In this document: positions 29,612 to 40,735 of the stretch, in pieces
How the letters are laid out: each line of letters begins with the position of its first letter
How positions within the stretch are numbered: the first letter of the stretch is position 1
Assembly (NCBI GenBank): GCA_963754875.1
Contig: CAVWHO010000010.1
Location: forward strand, 273,327 to 337,326
Direction of reading: 5' to 3'
DNA from: Nitrospirota bacterium
GTDB lineage: Bacteria > Nitrospirota > UBA9217
Length of the DNA: 64,000 bases
Position numbers and translations under genes: made by a program
Notes under the pieces: model-generated
What the model was told of the DNA's origin: nothing
Seen by the model: the letters and a program-made list of their open reading frames with translations, nothing else
The model's database searches: none

Positions 29612-31765
29612 ATGGATAAAAAAAAGCTTTACATAGAAGAGAAGTTCAGCGAACTGTCAAAATTCTGGCTTGGCACGGTCCTTCTAATCGGCTCTGGACT
29701 TTTTTTGTTGCTAGGTGTTATGGATTATATAAGTACGCCAGAAAATTTTAGCAAGTTTATCATGTACAGACTTTTCGTCTCCATCTCCCTTGTCATATTG
29801 CATTTCTTCTCCAAAAAAATTTCCAATAGAAGACATTTCCTCATCATTTTTTCATTGGCAGTCATAATCTCTGCATTCAGTATCGAACTCATGATACTCG
29901 ACTTCGGCGGTCATCAATCTCCTTATTATGTGGGGCTGATTATTTTAGTTGTTTGCGTTTTTCTGATCCCGATTGATCTTGCTTTCTCATTATGGGGAAT
30001 CAGCCTGATATATTTTATATATTTAGTACCTACTGTACTTTTCGACCATATAATCCATTATCGCGTTTTTTTTACTTCCAATGCCTTCATGCTCTCATTC
30101 TTTGTCATAGCCGCCATTTGGCGCTATTGGAATCAGAGAAGTATTATCAACGAATTGTCGCTTCAGTACGATCTTGAGCAGCAGAATAAAAAACTCGAAA
30201 GCTACTCCGTCCAGCTCAAAGCCATGGTCGAAGACAGGACAAAAGAACTGGTCAAGTCTGAACAGTGGCACCGGTCTCTTGTTGACAATGCAACTGACGG
30301 GATCGTCGTCCTCGACAGAAACGGCATGATCATCAATGTAAATGATAAGGCCTGTGAAATGCACGGATTTACCCATGAAGCGCTGGTTGGCACCCACGTC
30401 AAGCTTCTTGAATCAGACAGCAAGAAAGAAGAGATGGCCGAAAGAATGAACCGCATCCTGAATGGCGAGAGCCAGGTCTTCGAATCCGTGCACAACAAAA
30501 AAGATGGAACGCCTTTGTATCTTGAGATCAGTTCTACGGCGATCACCATCGGCGATGAGCTGTTCATTCAGTCCTTTTACCGTGATATTACTGAAAAGAA
30601 AAAACTCCAAGAATATCTTTTCCAATCCCAAAAAATGGATTCGATCGGCGTTCTCGCCGGCGGCATTGCCCACGACTTCAACAATATCCTGACGGCAATT
30701 CTCGGTCATGCGTCAATCATGCGCCGCAGTGTCTTGGAGGACAAGGCCATGCACAGCCTGAACGTGATCGAAGATGCCTCGCGTAGGGCGGGGAGGATGA
30801 TCTCAAAGCTTCTCGGCTTCGCGCGCAAGAGCAACTATGAATTCGTGCCGCTCGATCTGAACGATATCGTCTACGAGACGGTGAAGCTTCTCGAAAAGGT
30901 CATTGACGCGAAGATCAGCATCAGTGTTGACCTCGACAACCGCCTTCCGTCCATCCAGGGAGATATGAACCATATCGAACAGGTCGTTATGAACCTCATT
31001 GTCAACGCCCGCGACGCCATGCCGAACGGCGGCCGCATCGTCATCAAGACGACAGCGGTAGAAATCGTCAAGGGCATGCCTGACGTGCCGCCTTACGTCC
31101 TGCCCGGAACGTATGTTCTGCTGAGCCTGACAGATACGGGTACGGGCATGTCCAAAGACGTCTTGGGCAAGATCTTCGAGCCGTTTTATACGACGAAGGA
31201 ACGCGGAAAAGGCACAGGCCTCGGCCTGTCTATGGTCTATGGGACCATTAAGGAACACAAGGGATACATTACGGTACAGAGTGAACTGGGCATGGGAACC
31301 GTCTTTACCATCTATCTTCCCGCCTCAATAGCCGCCGTTCGAACGGAAGTGAAGAGACCGGAAACTTCTGTCAGCGGGCATGAAACAGTACTGATCGTCG
31401 ACGATGAGCATGATATCTTGGGAGCGATGCAGGAGACCCTCTCGAGCCGTGGTTACAGAGTGTTTGCGGTCAACGATCCAAGTTCGGCTATCGACCTAGT
31501 AAAAAAGATGCCGCACGAAATAGACCTGGTGATAACGGACATCGTCATGCCCCGGTTAAACGGCAAAGAGCTTATCAGCCAGATAAAAACGATCAACGCC
31601 GACGTCAAGGTCCTTGCCATCTCCGGGTATACAAAATATGTCTCGCAGACAGATGAGATCGGGGAGATCAACGGATTTCTGCAGAAGCCCTTCGAGTCAT
31701 ACTACCTGCTGTCCGTGGTACGACGCATTCTCGATGCTCGACCCAATGATTTGGTCAAGACGTGA
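29612..31765 (+). CDS. Hybrid sensor histidine kinase (multi-TM sensor, PAS, HisKA, HATPase, REC)
   Basis: AGGIAHDFNNIL, NLIVNARDAM, GTGLGL, C-terminal IVDDE...TDIVMP...KPF. Confidence 0.95.
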   Translation: MDKKKLYIEEKFSELSKFWLGTVLLIGSGLFLLLGVMDYISTPENFSKFIMYRLFVSISLVILHFFSKKISNRRHFLIIFSLAVIISAFSIELMILDFGGHQSPYYVGLIILVVCVFLIPIDLAFSLWGISLIYFIYLVPTVLFDHIIHYRVFFTSNAFMLSFFVIAAIWRYWNQRSIINELSLQYDLEQQNKKLESYSVQLKAMVEDRTKELVKSEQWHRSLVDNATDGIVVLDRNGMIINVNDKACEMHGFTHEALVGTHVKLLESDSKKEEMAERMNRILNGESQVFESVHNKKDGTPLYLEISSTAITIGDELFIQSFYRDITEKKKLQEYLFQSQKMDSIGVLAGGIAHDFNNILTAILGHASIMRRSVLEDKAMHSLNVIEDASRRAGRMISKLLGFARKSNYEFVPLDLNDIVYETVKLLEKVIDAKISISVDLDNRLPSIQGDMNHIEQVVMNLIVNARDAMPNGGRIVIKTTAVEIVKGMPDVPPYVLPGTYVLLSLTDTGTGMSKDVLGKIFEPFYTTKERGKGTGLGLSMVYGTIKEHKGYITVQSELGMGTVFTIYLPASIAAVRTEVKRPETSVSGHETVLIVDDEHDILGAMQETLSSRGYRVFAVNDPSSAIDLVKKMPHEIDLVITDIVMPRLNGKELISQIKTINADVKVLAISGYTKYVSQTDEIGEINGFLQKPFESYYLLSVVRRILDARPNDLVKT

Positions 31766-32007
31766 CAGCCGTGTTTCCCGAAAAGTGTGTGTTTTATAGG
31801 TGCAGATTTGCGGTGTGTGGATTGGATGAATTGGGGTCATCGTCGGCCGAGATCGCACTCATGTGCGCGTGAGTACGGCCGTCATTGCTCGTGCGTGCGG
31901 TCAAGTGAGAGGGACAGGAATTAATGAAAAGTCCATTTCAGACACAATGTACCGCCTGTTTCTTTCTATTTGGAGAATTCGGTCAGAAACCCGTAAATTA
32001 TGAAAAG

Positions 32008-32027
32008 TAGTGCCGCTGACCGGAATC
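32008..32027 (-). repeat. Short duplicate of the tRNA-Leu 3' end (att-like)
   Basis: TAGTGCCGCTGACCGGAATC matches 18/20 of 34786-34805. Confidence 0.7.
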
Positions 32028-32156
32028 TCACTCGATTTGCTTCCCGATGAGGCCTGCCCCCTAAGGTGCTCCCCCGAAGCATGGGGTATCTTTCACCCTA
32101 TTCTCCCCGTTGTTCAACCCCGCTCAGCAGAGAACAAGTAGGCAAGGAGGAATTAA

Positions 32157-32199
32157 TAGTGCCGCTGACCGGGATCGAACCGGCAGGACAGTTGCCGGT
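32157..32199 (-). repeat. Duplicate of the tRNA-Leu 3' half (att-like)
   Basis: 39/43 match to 34786-34828, including 25 bp exact. Confidence 0.9.
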
Positions 32200-32324
32200 G
32201 ATGAAATAGATGAAAACGGTGCACTCGCCCTGCATAACCCTGTGCAGATGGATATCGGATAAAAAGTTTTTGCGATAGCGGTGTCCGCTCTTCGGCGTAT
32301 TCCGAAGGGACAAGGAGGTAAGTC

Positions 32325-34700
32325 GTGACAAAAGAACAGTATGTCGATGAGCGTTACACTGCCCAACTCCACTACTGGGCAACGCTCGGCCTCGGGGTGG
32401 GCTCTCTCATCGTCCTCATGCTTGTTCCTCTCGACTATGCGACCGTTCCGGCTCAATTCCGCTCATTTTTGGTATACCGTCTCGTCGCCGCAAGCATCCT
32501 TTTTTTGCTGTATCTGGTCAACAGAAAAAGAGTAAATAGTGGTCTGCAGAACAGCTCCATAGTCACAGCAGGCGCAGTGGTCGCCGCCATGGTGGCCGCT
32601 ATGGTCCACGACTTCCACGGTCATGAGTCGCCCTATTACGCTGGGTTCATCCTCGATGCCATATACGTCGCCGCTATCGTCCCGACATCATTCGGAGTAA
32701 ACGTGCTCGCCGCGCTGCTCGTCTACTTCATTTACCTAGCGCCCATCCTTGCATACGACACGATCACGAACAAGCCATACTTCATGTCGGCGAATATCCT
32801 GATGCTTGCCTCATTTGCATCGCTGCTCCTGCTCCAGTATCTTAGGGGCAAGCAGACCCTGAAACAGTTCGATCTCGAATATGAGCTGCGCGCGAGCGAA
32901 GAGGAACTGCTTTATTTCCAAATGGCTGTGGCCAGCGCCACAGATGCAATAGGTATATCTACGCCTGATGGAAGGCATTATTATCAAAATGAGGCTTTTA
33001 CTAATTTGTTCGGGTCATCGGTTAGTAAAGTAGCCGGTGCTTCAGAGCCACCGGCAACCATATACGCCGATGAAAAAGTGGGAAGGAAGATTTATGACAT
33101 AATTATGAAAGGTGGTTCGTTCGCCGGCGAAGTGCAAATGTTCGATAAGAATAATGACCTAAAGGATATTTATGTTCGGGCATATTCTATTAAAAATAAA
33201 GAAGATAAAGTTGTCGGCCTAGTCGATATGCACACCGACATCACCGAGCAACGGCAGGCTGAGAAAAGACTCAGAAAGAGCGAAAGTCAATTACGCGAGT
33301 CCCAGAAGGTCGCCAAGCTGGGGAATTGGGATCTCGATCTTGTTTTGCAGAAACTTGAATGGTCGGATCAGACGTTCAGACTGTTCGATAAAAACCAAAA
33401 GGAGTTTGTGCCGTCCTTTAATGAGTTTACCCGGTTAGTGCATCCAAACGATCTTGATACGATGATGACCAATTTTGATAATGTGCTGAACAGCGACTCT
33501 CCTCACTACCATACGGTTGTCCGGATCATCAACGACTCTGGTCGCGAGTGGGTAATGGAAGCCCTTGGCGTTGTCAGGCGAGATACTTCCGGTAAGGCCC
33601 TCAGTATCTTTGGTACCGCTCAGGACATCACCGAACGTAAGCATGCCGAGAAGAAAATTCGACAGAGCGAGCAGTTCATCCGCAACATCCTCGACACAGT
33701 GGACGAAGGATTCATTGTCATTGACACTAATTATCGCATCCTGATAGCCAACAAGGCATACTGCAGCCAGGTGGGCGGTTGCGTTGAGAATATTATCGGA
33801 CATCACTGCTATGAGATATCGCACAAAAAATGCCGGCCCTGTTATGAAGAGGGCGAGAACTGCGCGACACACCAGGCAATTGAAACGGGCAAGCCTCATT
33901 CCGCATTTCACTATTACAAAGACGCCAATGGAAATATTCTTTATGTAGAGACCAAGGCCTTCCCTATCAAAGATGCATCCGGAACCGTAACCTCTGTCAT
34001 TGAGACGATCAACAATATCACCGAAAAGCACCTTCTGGAAGAGGAAAAGAGACACCAGCAGGAGAAAGAGAAGATCCTCATGGACATTCATGACGGGATC
34101 GGCGGCATAACGACCAATATCAGCCTGCTGTCCGAGGTGGCCCGGAAGGCGCAGTCCCCGGAAGACGTCAACAGGGCGCTCGCCACCATCGCGAACCTGT
34201 CGCGGGAGGGTTTGGGTGAGATAAGAAGCCTCATGCACAGCCTTGACAGTAAGGACCTGAGCTGGCATGCTTGCGTCGCGGAATTGAGAAACCAGGGCAT
34301 GTCGATCGTCAAGGCCCACAAGATATCCTTTGACATGACTTCACAAATTGATGACGTCAGCGGCGAGCCCGGAAGCATTTTATATTTGAACCTATTCAGG
34401 ATTTACCGTGAAGCCCTCACCAATATCGTAAAGCATTCTCAGGCAACCAAAGTCGTCGTCAGTTTCCGGGTCTGCATGGAGGACCTGACTTTGACCGTGC
34501 AGGACAACGGCCGGGGACGGGATCGTTCTGCCACCCTGAACCGAGGCAGGGGGTTGACCAATATGAAAAACCGGGCAAATGAGATCGGGGGGGCAGTCAC
34601 TGTCTCGACGGATGAGGGGACGTGCGTCTGTGTCACGGTTCCACTCCTCATGAAATCCCCAACCAGCCCGATTGAATTTTCGAAAAAGGTTCTCGAATAA
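32325..34700 (+). CDS. Sensor histidine kinase (multi-TM sensor, three PAS, HisKA_3/NarX-type kinase)
   Basis: MDIHDGIGG, REALTNIVKHS, QDNGRG, GLTNMKNRA; N-terminal domain homologous to 29612-31765; AGGAGG RBS. Confidence 0.93.
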   Translation: MTKEQYVDERYTAQLHYWATLGLGVGSLIVLMLVPLDYATVPAQFRSFLVYRLVAASILFLLYLVNRKRVNSGLQNSSIVTAGAVVAAMVAAMVHDFHGHESPYYAGFILDAIYVAAIVPTSFGVNVLAALLVYFIYLAPILAYDTITNKPYFMSANILMLASFASLLLLQYLRGKQTLKQFDLEYELRASEEELLYFQMAVASATDAIGISTPDGRHYYQNEAFTNLFGSSVSKVAGASEPPATIYADEKVGRKIYDIIMKGGSFAGEVQMFDKNNDLKDIYVRAYSIKNKEDKVVGLVDMHTDITEQRQAEKRLRKSESQLRESQKVAKLGNWDLDLVLQKLEWSDQTFRLFDKNQKEFVPSFNEFTRLVHPNDLDTMMTNFDNVLNSDSPHYHTVVRIINDSGREWVMEALGVVRRDTSGKALSIFGTAQDITERKHAEKKIRQSEQFIRNILDTVDEGFIVIDTNYRILIANKAYCSQVGGCVENIIGHHCYEISHKKCRPCYEEGENCATHQAIETGKPHSAFHYYKDANGNILYVETKAFPIKDASGTVTSVIETINNITEKHLLEEEKRHQQEKEKILMDIHDGIGGITTNISLLSEVARKAQSPEDVNRALATIANLSREGLGEIRSLMHSLDSKDLSWHACVAELRNQGMSIVKAHKISFDMTSQIDDVSGEPGSILYLNLFRIYREALTNIVKHSQATKVVVSFRVCMEDLTLTVQDNGRGRDRSATLNRGRGLTNMKNRANEIGGAVTVSTDEGTCVCVTVPLLMKSPTSPIEFSKKVLE

Positions 34701-34785
34701 GGATCAAGTCCTTACTTTTTTACTACGTTTTGAAAATAGAATTGATTTTTACTGATGAGAAAAATGCGGTAAATTACTGATTTTG

Positions 34786-34874
34786 TGGTGCCGCTGACCG
34801 GGATCGAACCGGTACGACAGTTGCCCGTCGAGAGATTTTAAGTCTCTTGCGTCTGCCAATTCCGCCACAGCGGC
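34786..34874 (-). tRNA. tRNA-Leu(TAA)
   Basis: GCCGCTG...CAGCGGC-ACCA acceptor stem, anticodon arm AGAGA-CTTAAAA-TCTCT, long variable arm, GGTTCGATCC T-loop. Confidence 0.97.
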
Positions 34875-35009
34875 ATGGGTGAAGGAAATTTCGTTGTCTT
34901 GAATATTATAGAATCACCCCGATTTGTCAAGAAAAATATGGGAAACTCAAATGAGATGAGGCGGGTTGGTTGGCAAGGTTTGGTGTATCGATATGGTCAA
35001 TCAGGGAGG

Positions 35010-35039
35010 AGCGAAGGGGCGGTTTCCCGCCCCCTGCTC
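35010..35039 (-). terminator. GC-rich hairpin downstream of ferredoxin
   Basis: GGGGCGG-TTTC-CCGCCCC stem extended by GAGC/GCTC; weak U-tract. Confidence 0.45.
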
Positions 35040-35056
35040 GTGTATCACCGTTGAAG

Positions 35057-35239
35057 CTATTCCAGGGATATTGCCGTCACCGGGCAGCTGTCCACTGACT
35101 GCTGGCAATCGCATGTATCACAGGCATTCGGGTTTGTGACCCATGCCTTGTCATCCCTGAGCTCGAACACTTTGGGGCAGAGTTCAGAACAGAGCCCGCA
35201 ACCGATGCAGAGATCCATATCAACTTTTGGGGTGGCCAT
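35057..35239 (-). CDS. Ferredoxin
   Basis: CIGCGLCSELCP ... SCPVTAI; AAGGAG RBS. Confidence 0.93.
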   Translation of the reverse strand: MATPKVDMDLCIGCGLCSELCPKVFELRDDKAWVTNPNACDTCDCQQSVDSCPVTAISLE

Positions 35240-35345
35240 GATTACTCCTTTCTCATAACATAGATGATTTCTTGAAAATTGGAAACCTTTCTACTTTCTT
35301 TACTGACACTCTATCATAAGTCGGATGGTGCCTCCATGATTTATG

Positions 35346-36371
35346 TCATACCTTCCCGTCATGAACGTCCCCCAGCATATCCAGTACCGCGTCCGTGACC
35401 TCTTTCACCGATATGCTGTTCATACAGTCAAGATGGACAGCATTCGAGCACGTATTGCTTCTACAGGGAACACAAGGGATGTTTTTGGCTTGAATGACCC
35501 GATGGCCGATTCCCACCGGCCCCGTACGGTCCGGGTCGACGGAGCCGAACAGGCCCAGAACGCGGGTACCGACAGCGGTGGCGAGGTGCAGCGGCCCCGT
35601 ATCTCCACTGACCAAGAGATCGCACTTCCTCAAAACAGCGCCAAGCTCGAGCAATGTCGTCTTTCCCGCAAGCACCAGCGGCTTTGCCTTTCTGGCGGCA
35701 TTGGCGATTGATTCTGCGAGGGCTGCATCCTCCTTTCCCCCGATGATTACGATCTTTGCTGAGATCTTTTCCGCCAGGGTATCAGCGAGCGCAGAGAATT
35801 GATGAGCGCTCCATTGCTTCACGGGATTGCTCGCGCCGGGGTTAAGGGCAATAACGATGCCTGTCGTATGTCCTTCGCGCAAAAAAAGGTCATCGGCAAA
35901 TTTATCGTCGTCCTTGCCCGTATAGAGTTCCAAGGTGCGATTTTGTTCATGAATCCCAAGAGGCGCGATGGTCTCCAGGTAATTGTCGAGGACGTGGACG
36001 CCCTGCTTCCGCGACTTGTGATACACCAATACGCGGCAGGGGAGGGCGGCCGACGCGAGAACCCATGTTTTCAGGTTGCTTCGCTGAAAATGGATTACAA
36101 GATCGATTTTTTTGCTGTGCAGGGTCTTCCAAAGTTTCAGGAGCGAGGCGAGGGACCGGTGCTCTTCCCGCTTATCAAACACAATGACTTCGTTCACATG
36201 GGGATTATGCTGAAACAGCGTTGCGGTGGCGTATGTGCCTACCAGGAGGGCAATACGGACACCGGGATATTTGGTTGAAAGCGCCCGGATAACCGGAGTG
36301 AGTTCGAGCAGATCACCGATGGCGCCGGGTTTAATGATGAGGATGTTCGATATCGCATGCTCTTTATTCAT
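35346..36371 (-). CDS. Glycosyltransferase family 9 (LPS heptosyltransferase)
   Basis: ILIIKPGAIGD, NPGAS..KQW, GDTGPLHLA; start uncertain (36371 or 36410). Confidence 0.92.
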   Translation of the reverse strand: MNKEHAISNILIIKPGAIGDLLELTPVIRALSTKYPGVRIALLVGTYATATLFQHNPHVNEVIVFDKREEHRSLASLLKLWKTLHSKKIDLVIHFQRSNLKTWVLASAALPCRVLVYHKSRKQGVHVLDNYLETIAPLGIHEQNRTLELYTGKDDDKFADDLFLREGHTTGIVIALNPGASNPVKQWSAHQFSALADTLAEKISAKIVIIGGKEDAALAESIANAARKAKPLVLAGKTTLLELGAVLRKCDLLVSGDTGPLHLATAVGTRVLGLFGSVDPDRTGPVGIGHRVIQAKNIPCVPCRSNTCSNAVHLDCMNSISVKEVTDAVLDMLGDVHDGKV

Positions 36372-36572
36372 ACGCAATTGGGCCGCTTTGATAAAACAAG
36401 CAGGTGGCATAATAATATAATTCCCGGACCTCTGCAAGGCAAAATGTATTGCCGCAATCTGAGCGCGGAATGATGCTTTACAATAAAAGTCTTTACAAAT
36501 GAACGGGTTTCAAATATTATATCCCCGTCCGTGGGGAGATATTTAGTGCTTCATGGACATGAACGGAGCACT

Positions 36573-37367
36573 ATGAAGCGAGTCTCGTTGATTTTCTGTG
36601 CATTGCTGGTTGTGGCGCAAACGTCAGGGGCCGAGCCTACCCGCCCGGTGCTGCACGATAATGTAAAGACCGTAAACCATGCTTTCTCTGCGGGAGAAAA
36701 GCTGACTTACAGCGTCAGCTGGTCCACTGTCATAGAAGCCGGCATCGCCGTCCTGGAGGTGAAGGAGGGAAACGAGGTCGAAGGCAAACCGACATACGAT
36801 CTCCTTTCGAATACGAGGTCTGTCGGCGTCCTCGATCTGGTCTATCCTGTGCGGGATACGGTTGAGAGTGTTATCGATGCGCATGAACTGTACAGCCTGT
36901 CGTTTCGCCTTCAGGAAAGTCACGGGAAAAAGACGCGGCAGCGGACCATGGACTATGATCGCGCCAAAGGCACGGTCCGCGTTTCCGTAAATAACGGCAC
37001 ACCGGCAATATACGCCGTGCCGGACCGTATTCAGGATGCGCTTTCTTCGCTCTACTACGTCCGCACGCGGGATGATTTTGTCATCGGGAAGGCGATCGTT
37101 GTGGACGTTCACGACGGCGACAAAACCTATGCCGTCGAAGTGCACGTGATGGGCAGGGAACATATCAAGACGCCCGCAGGAGAGTTCGATACCATCAAAG
37201 TCAAGACCTATCCGAAATACGAAGGCGTATTCATGCACAAGGGCGAGATCTACATGTGGCTTACCGATGATGCGCGAAAAATACCCGTGCTTATGAAGAG
37301 CGAGATAGCCATAGGCTCCATCGTGGCCACGCTCGTTGATATACAAGAAAGAAAGGACCAGCCATGA
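36573..37367 (+). CDS. DUF3108 domain-containing exported protein
   Basis: GEKLTYSVSW, QDALSSLYYVR, TPAGEFDTIK, WLTDDARKIPV. Confidence 0.85.
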   Translation: MKRVSLIFCALLVVAQTSGAEPTRPVLHDNVKTVNHAFSAGEKLTYSVSWSTVIEAGIAVLEVKEGNEVEGKPTYDLLSNTRSVGVLDLVYPVRDTVESVIDAHELYSLSFRLQESHGKKTRQRTMDYDRAKGTVRVSVNNGTPAIYAVPDRIQDALSSLYYVRTRDDFVIGKAIVVDVHDGDKTYAVEVHVMGREHIKTPAGEFDTIKVKTYPKYEGVFMHKGEIYMWLTDDARKIPVLMKSEIAIGSIVATLVDIQERKDQP

Positions 37368-38358
37368 TTTCAAAAACGGAAAACAAACGGTTTAACAGCG
37401 TCATCGACCGTTTTCCGTCCACCCGCATTCTCGTCGTCGGTGACATCGTGCTCGACCATTATATCTGGGGAAAAGTCTCCCGCATATCGCCCGAAGCGCC
37501 GGTCCCCGTCGTGAACGTGACCAAGGAAAGCCTGCTTCTGGGCGGTGCAACGAACGTTGTGCAGAACATCCATGCGCTCGGCGGTTCGGTAAGCGTGTGC
37601 GGCGTGATCGGCACGGATGATGCGGGGAGGCAACTCCAGCGCCTGCTCCGTTCCCAAAAAATTACCACCGACGGCCTCATTATGGAACCAACCAGGCCGA
37701 CGACAATCAAGACCCGCATCATCGCGCATAGTCAGCAAGTCGTACGCTTCGACCGCGAGACAAAAGACCGCATCGGAAAAGACACACACCGGAATGTATT
37801 CGAGTTTGTCAAACGCCGGATAGCGGAGGGTCTCGACGCAATCGTACTGTCCGATTATTGCAAGGGCGTCGTCACCAGGGAACTCGTGAAGGACATCGTC
37901 CGGCTGGCAAAGAAAAACCGGGTGATCGTGTCCGTGGACCCGAAAGTGAGCCACTTCGGCATGTACAGCGGCGCCACGATCCTGACGCCGAATGCCAACG
38001 AAGCCGCGATCGGCTCCAAGATCGAGATCCAGGATGACCAATCTCTCCTTAGGGCGGGAACCCTCCTGCTTAAAAACCTCAGATGCGCCGCCGTATTGAT
38101 CACCCGCGGTGAGCAGGGGATGAGCCTTTTTGAACAGGGGGAAAGGTCACCCACATTCCGACCGTCGCCCGTGAAGTATTTGATGTGACCGGTGCAGGCG
38201 ATACGGTCATCAGCGCCCTTACGCTTGCAATGGCGGCCGGCGCCAGCATGCTGGATGCGGCCAGGATTTCGAATTATGCGGCCGGCATCGTTGTCGGGAT
38301 CGTCGGCACAGCAACGGTAACACCTGAAGAATTGAAAGAAAGAATAACTCATAGCTGA
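37364..38358 (+). CDS. rfaE1: D-glycero-beta-D-manno-heptose-7-phosphate kinase, frameshift near 38140
   Basis: [23 protein letters not shown]; another frame continues [21 protein letters not shown] to TGA 38358; G5A3 run at the junction. Confidence 0.9.
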
Positions 38359-38431
38359 TAGTTAGGCCCGCGCATTGGCTTTACTCGTTTTTTTTGTATC
38401 CTGTACTCTCCCTGGTTCCAAGGAGCATTTC

Positions 38432-39314
<883 letters not shown>

Positions 39315-39325
<11 letters not shown>

Positions 39326-39881
39326 GTTTGAAAAAGTCGAAATTCCGGGACCCGTACTCATTCGTCCCCGGATATTCGACGACGGCCGCGGTTTTTTCCT
39401 CGAATTGTACAAACATTCGGACTTCGTAAACGCGGGGATTACGCAGCACCTCGTCCAGGACAATTTATCGAAGTCATCGCAAGGTGTGCTTCGGGGGCTC
39501 CATTATCAGAAGAATCCCAGGGCCCAGGGGAAAATGGTCTTGTGCATCAAAGGCAGGATCTTCGACGTCGCCGTGGACATTCGCAAGGGCTCGCCGCATT
39601 TCGGGAAATGGGTGGGTGCGGAACTTACTGAAGAGAACCGGCACCTGTTCTATGTGCCGCCCGGCTTTGCCCATGGGTTTCAGGTCCTGAGCGACACGGC
39701 AGAAGTGATGTACAAGTGCACGGAAGAGTATTCACCCTCCGATGAACGGGGGATCATCTGGGACGATCCGGACATTGCCATTGCCTGGCCGCTGCCCCAA
39801 CCGGTCCTGTCGGACAAGGACAAGATCAATCCCCGGTTACGCGATGCAGACAACAATTTCGAGTATTCTCCTTCATTATGA
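39315..39881 (+). CDS. rfbC: dTDP-4-dehydrorhamnose 3,5-epimerase
   Basis: [23 protein letters not shown]. Confidence 0.97.
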
Positions 39882-40735
39882 AATATCTCGTTACGGGAAA
39901 AAACGGACAGCTCGCCCGGGAATTTATTCGTACGTTCGAAGAGCAAGCGATCGATTTCATCGCTCCTGATGAAGCCCATCTCGACATCACCGCTTTCGAA
40001 AAGGTAAAAGCCGTAGTGGGCGAGTACCGGCCTGATGTCATCATCAACTGCGCTGCTTATAATCTTGTTGACAAAGCCGAGCAGGAAAAAAGCGCGGCAA
40101 ATGCGGTAAACGCAGCAGGTCCGCATAACCTGGCGCAGGCCGCGAACGCACAAAAGGCCGTGCTCGTGCATTTCGGTTCCGACTACGTTTTCGATGGCGC
40201 GAAAGAGAATGGGTTATATTCCGAGGACGATGCCGTCAACCCGCTGAACGAATACGGGAAGAGCAAGCTTGCCGGCGAACAGCATGTTCTGGAAACGAAC
40301 GACCGGTCTTTGGTCCTGAGACTGAGTTGGGTCTTCGGCCCGGGGAAACAGAATTTTCTCTTCAAGCTCCGCGAGTGGACCAGGAACAGCGAATATCTCA
40401 AGATCGCCTGCGATGAGTTTTCAGTGCCGACCTCGACCGCCACTGTTGTCGACTTGACGATGAAGGCTCTCGCGCAAGGAGTAAACGGACGTTACCACCT
40501 GACGAACAGCGGCTACTGTTCCCGGTACGAGTGGGCCAGGGTGGCGCTCAGCCGCATGGGCATCAGGAAATTCATCAGGCCGGTGTCCATGGATTCGTTC
40601 AACCTTCCCGCGAAAAGACCGAAGTTCTCGGCCATGAGCAACAGCAGGATCGCGAGCACCCTGAACATACCGATTCCCTCATGGGAAGAAGCGGTCGAAT
40701 CATTCCTGGGAAAAGGCGGATTAATTGGTGAGTAA
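39878..40735 (+). CDS. rfbD: dTDP-4-dehydrorhamnose reductase
   Basis: [35 protein letters not shown]. Confidence 0.96.
   Translation: MKYLVTGKNGQLAREFIRTFEEQAIDFIAPDEAHLDITAFEKVKAVVGEYRPDVIINCAAYNLVDKAEQEKSAANAVNAAGPHNLAQAANAQKAVLVHFGSDYVFDGAKENGLYSEDDAVNPLNEYGKSKLAGEQHVLETNDRSLVLRLSWVFGPGKQNFLFKLREWTRNSEYLKIACDEFSVPTSTATVVDLTMKALAQGVNGRYHLTNSGYCSRYEWARVALSRMGIRKFIRPVSMDSFNLPAKRPKFSAMSNSRIASTLNIPIPSWEEAVESFLGKGGLIGE

Noticed and set aside
31766..34785. Active integrative element or prophage at tRNA-Leu
   Set aside because: att-like repeats exist but there are no integrase, phage or conjugation genes.
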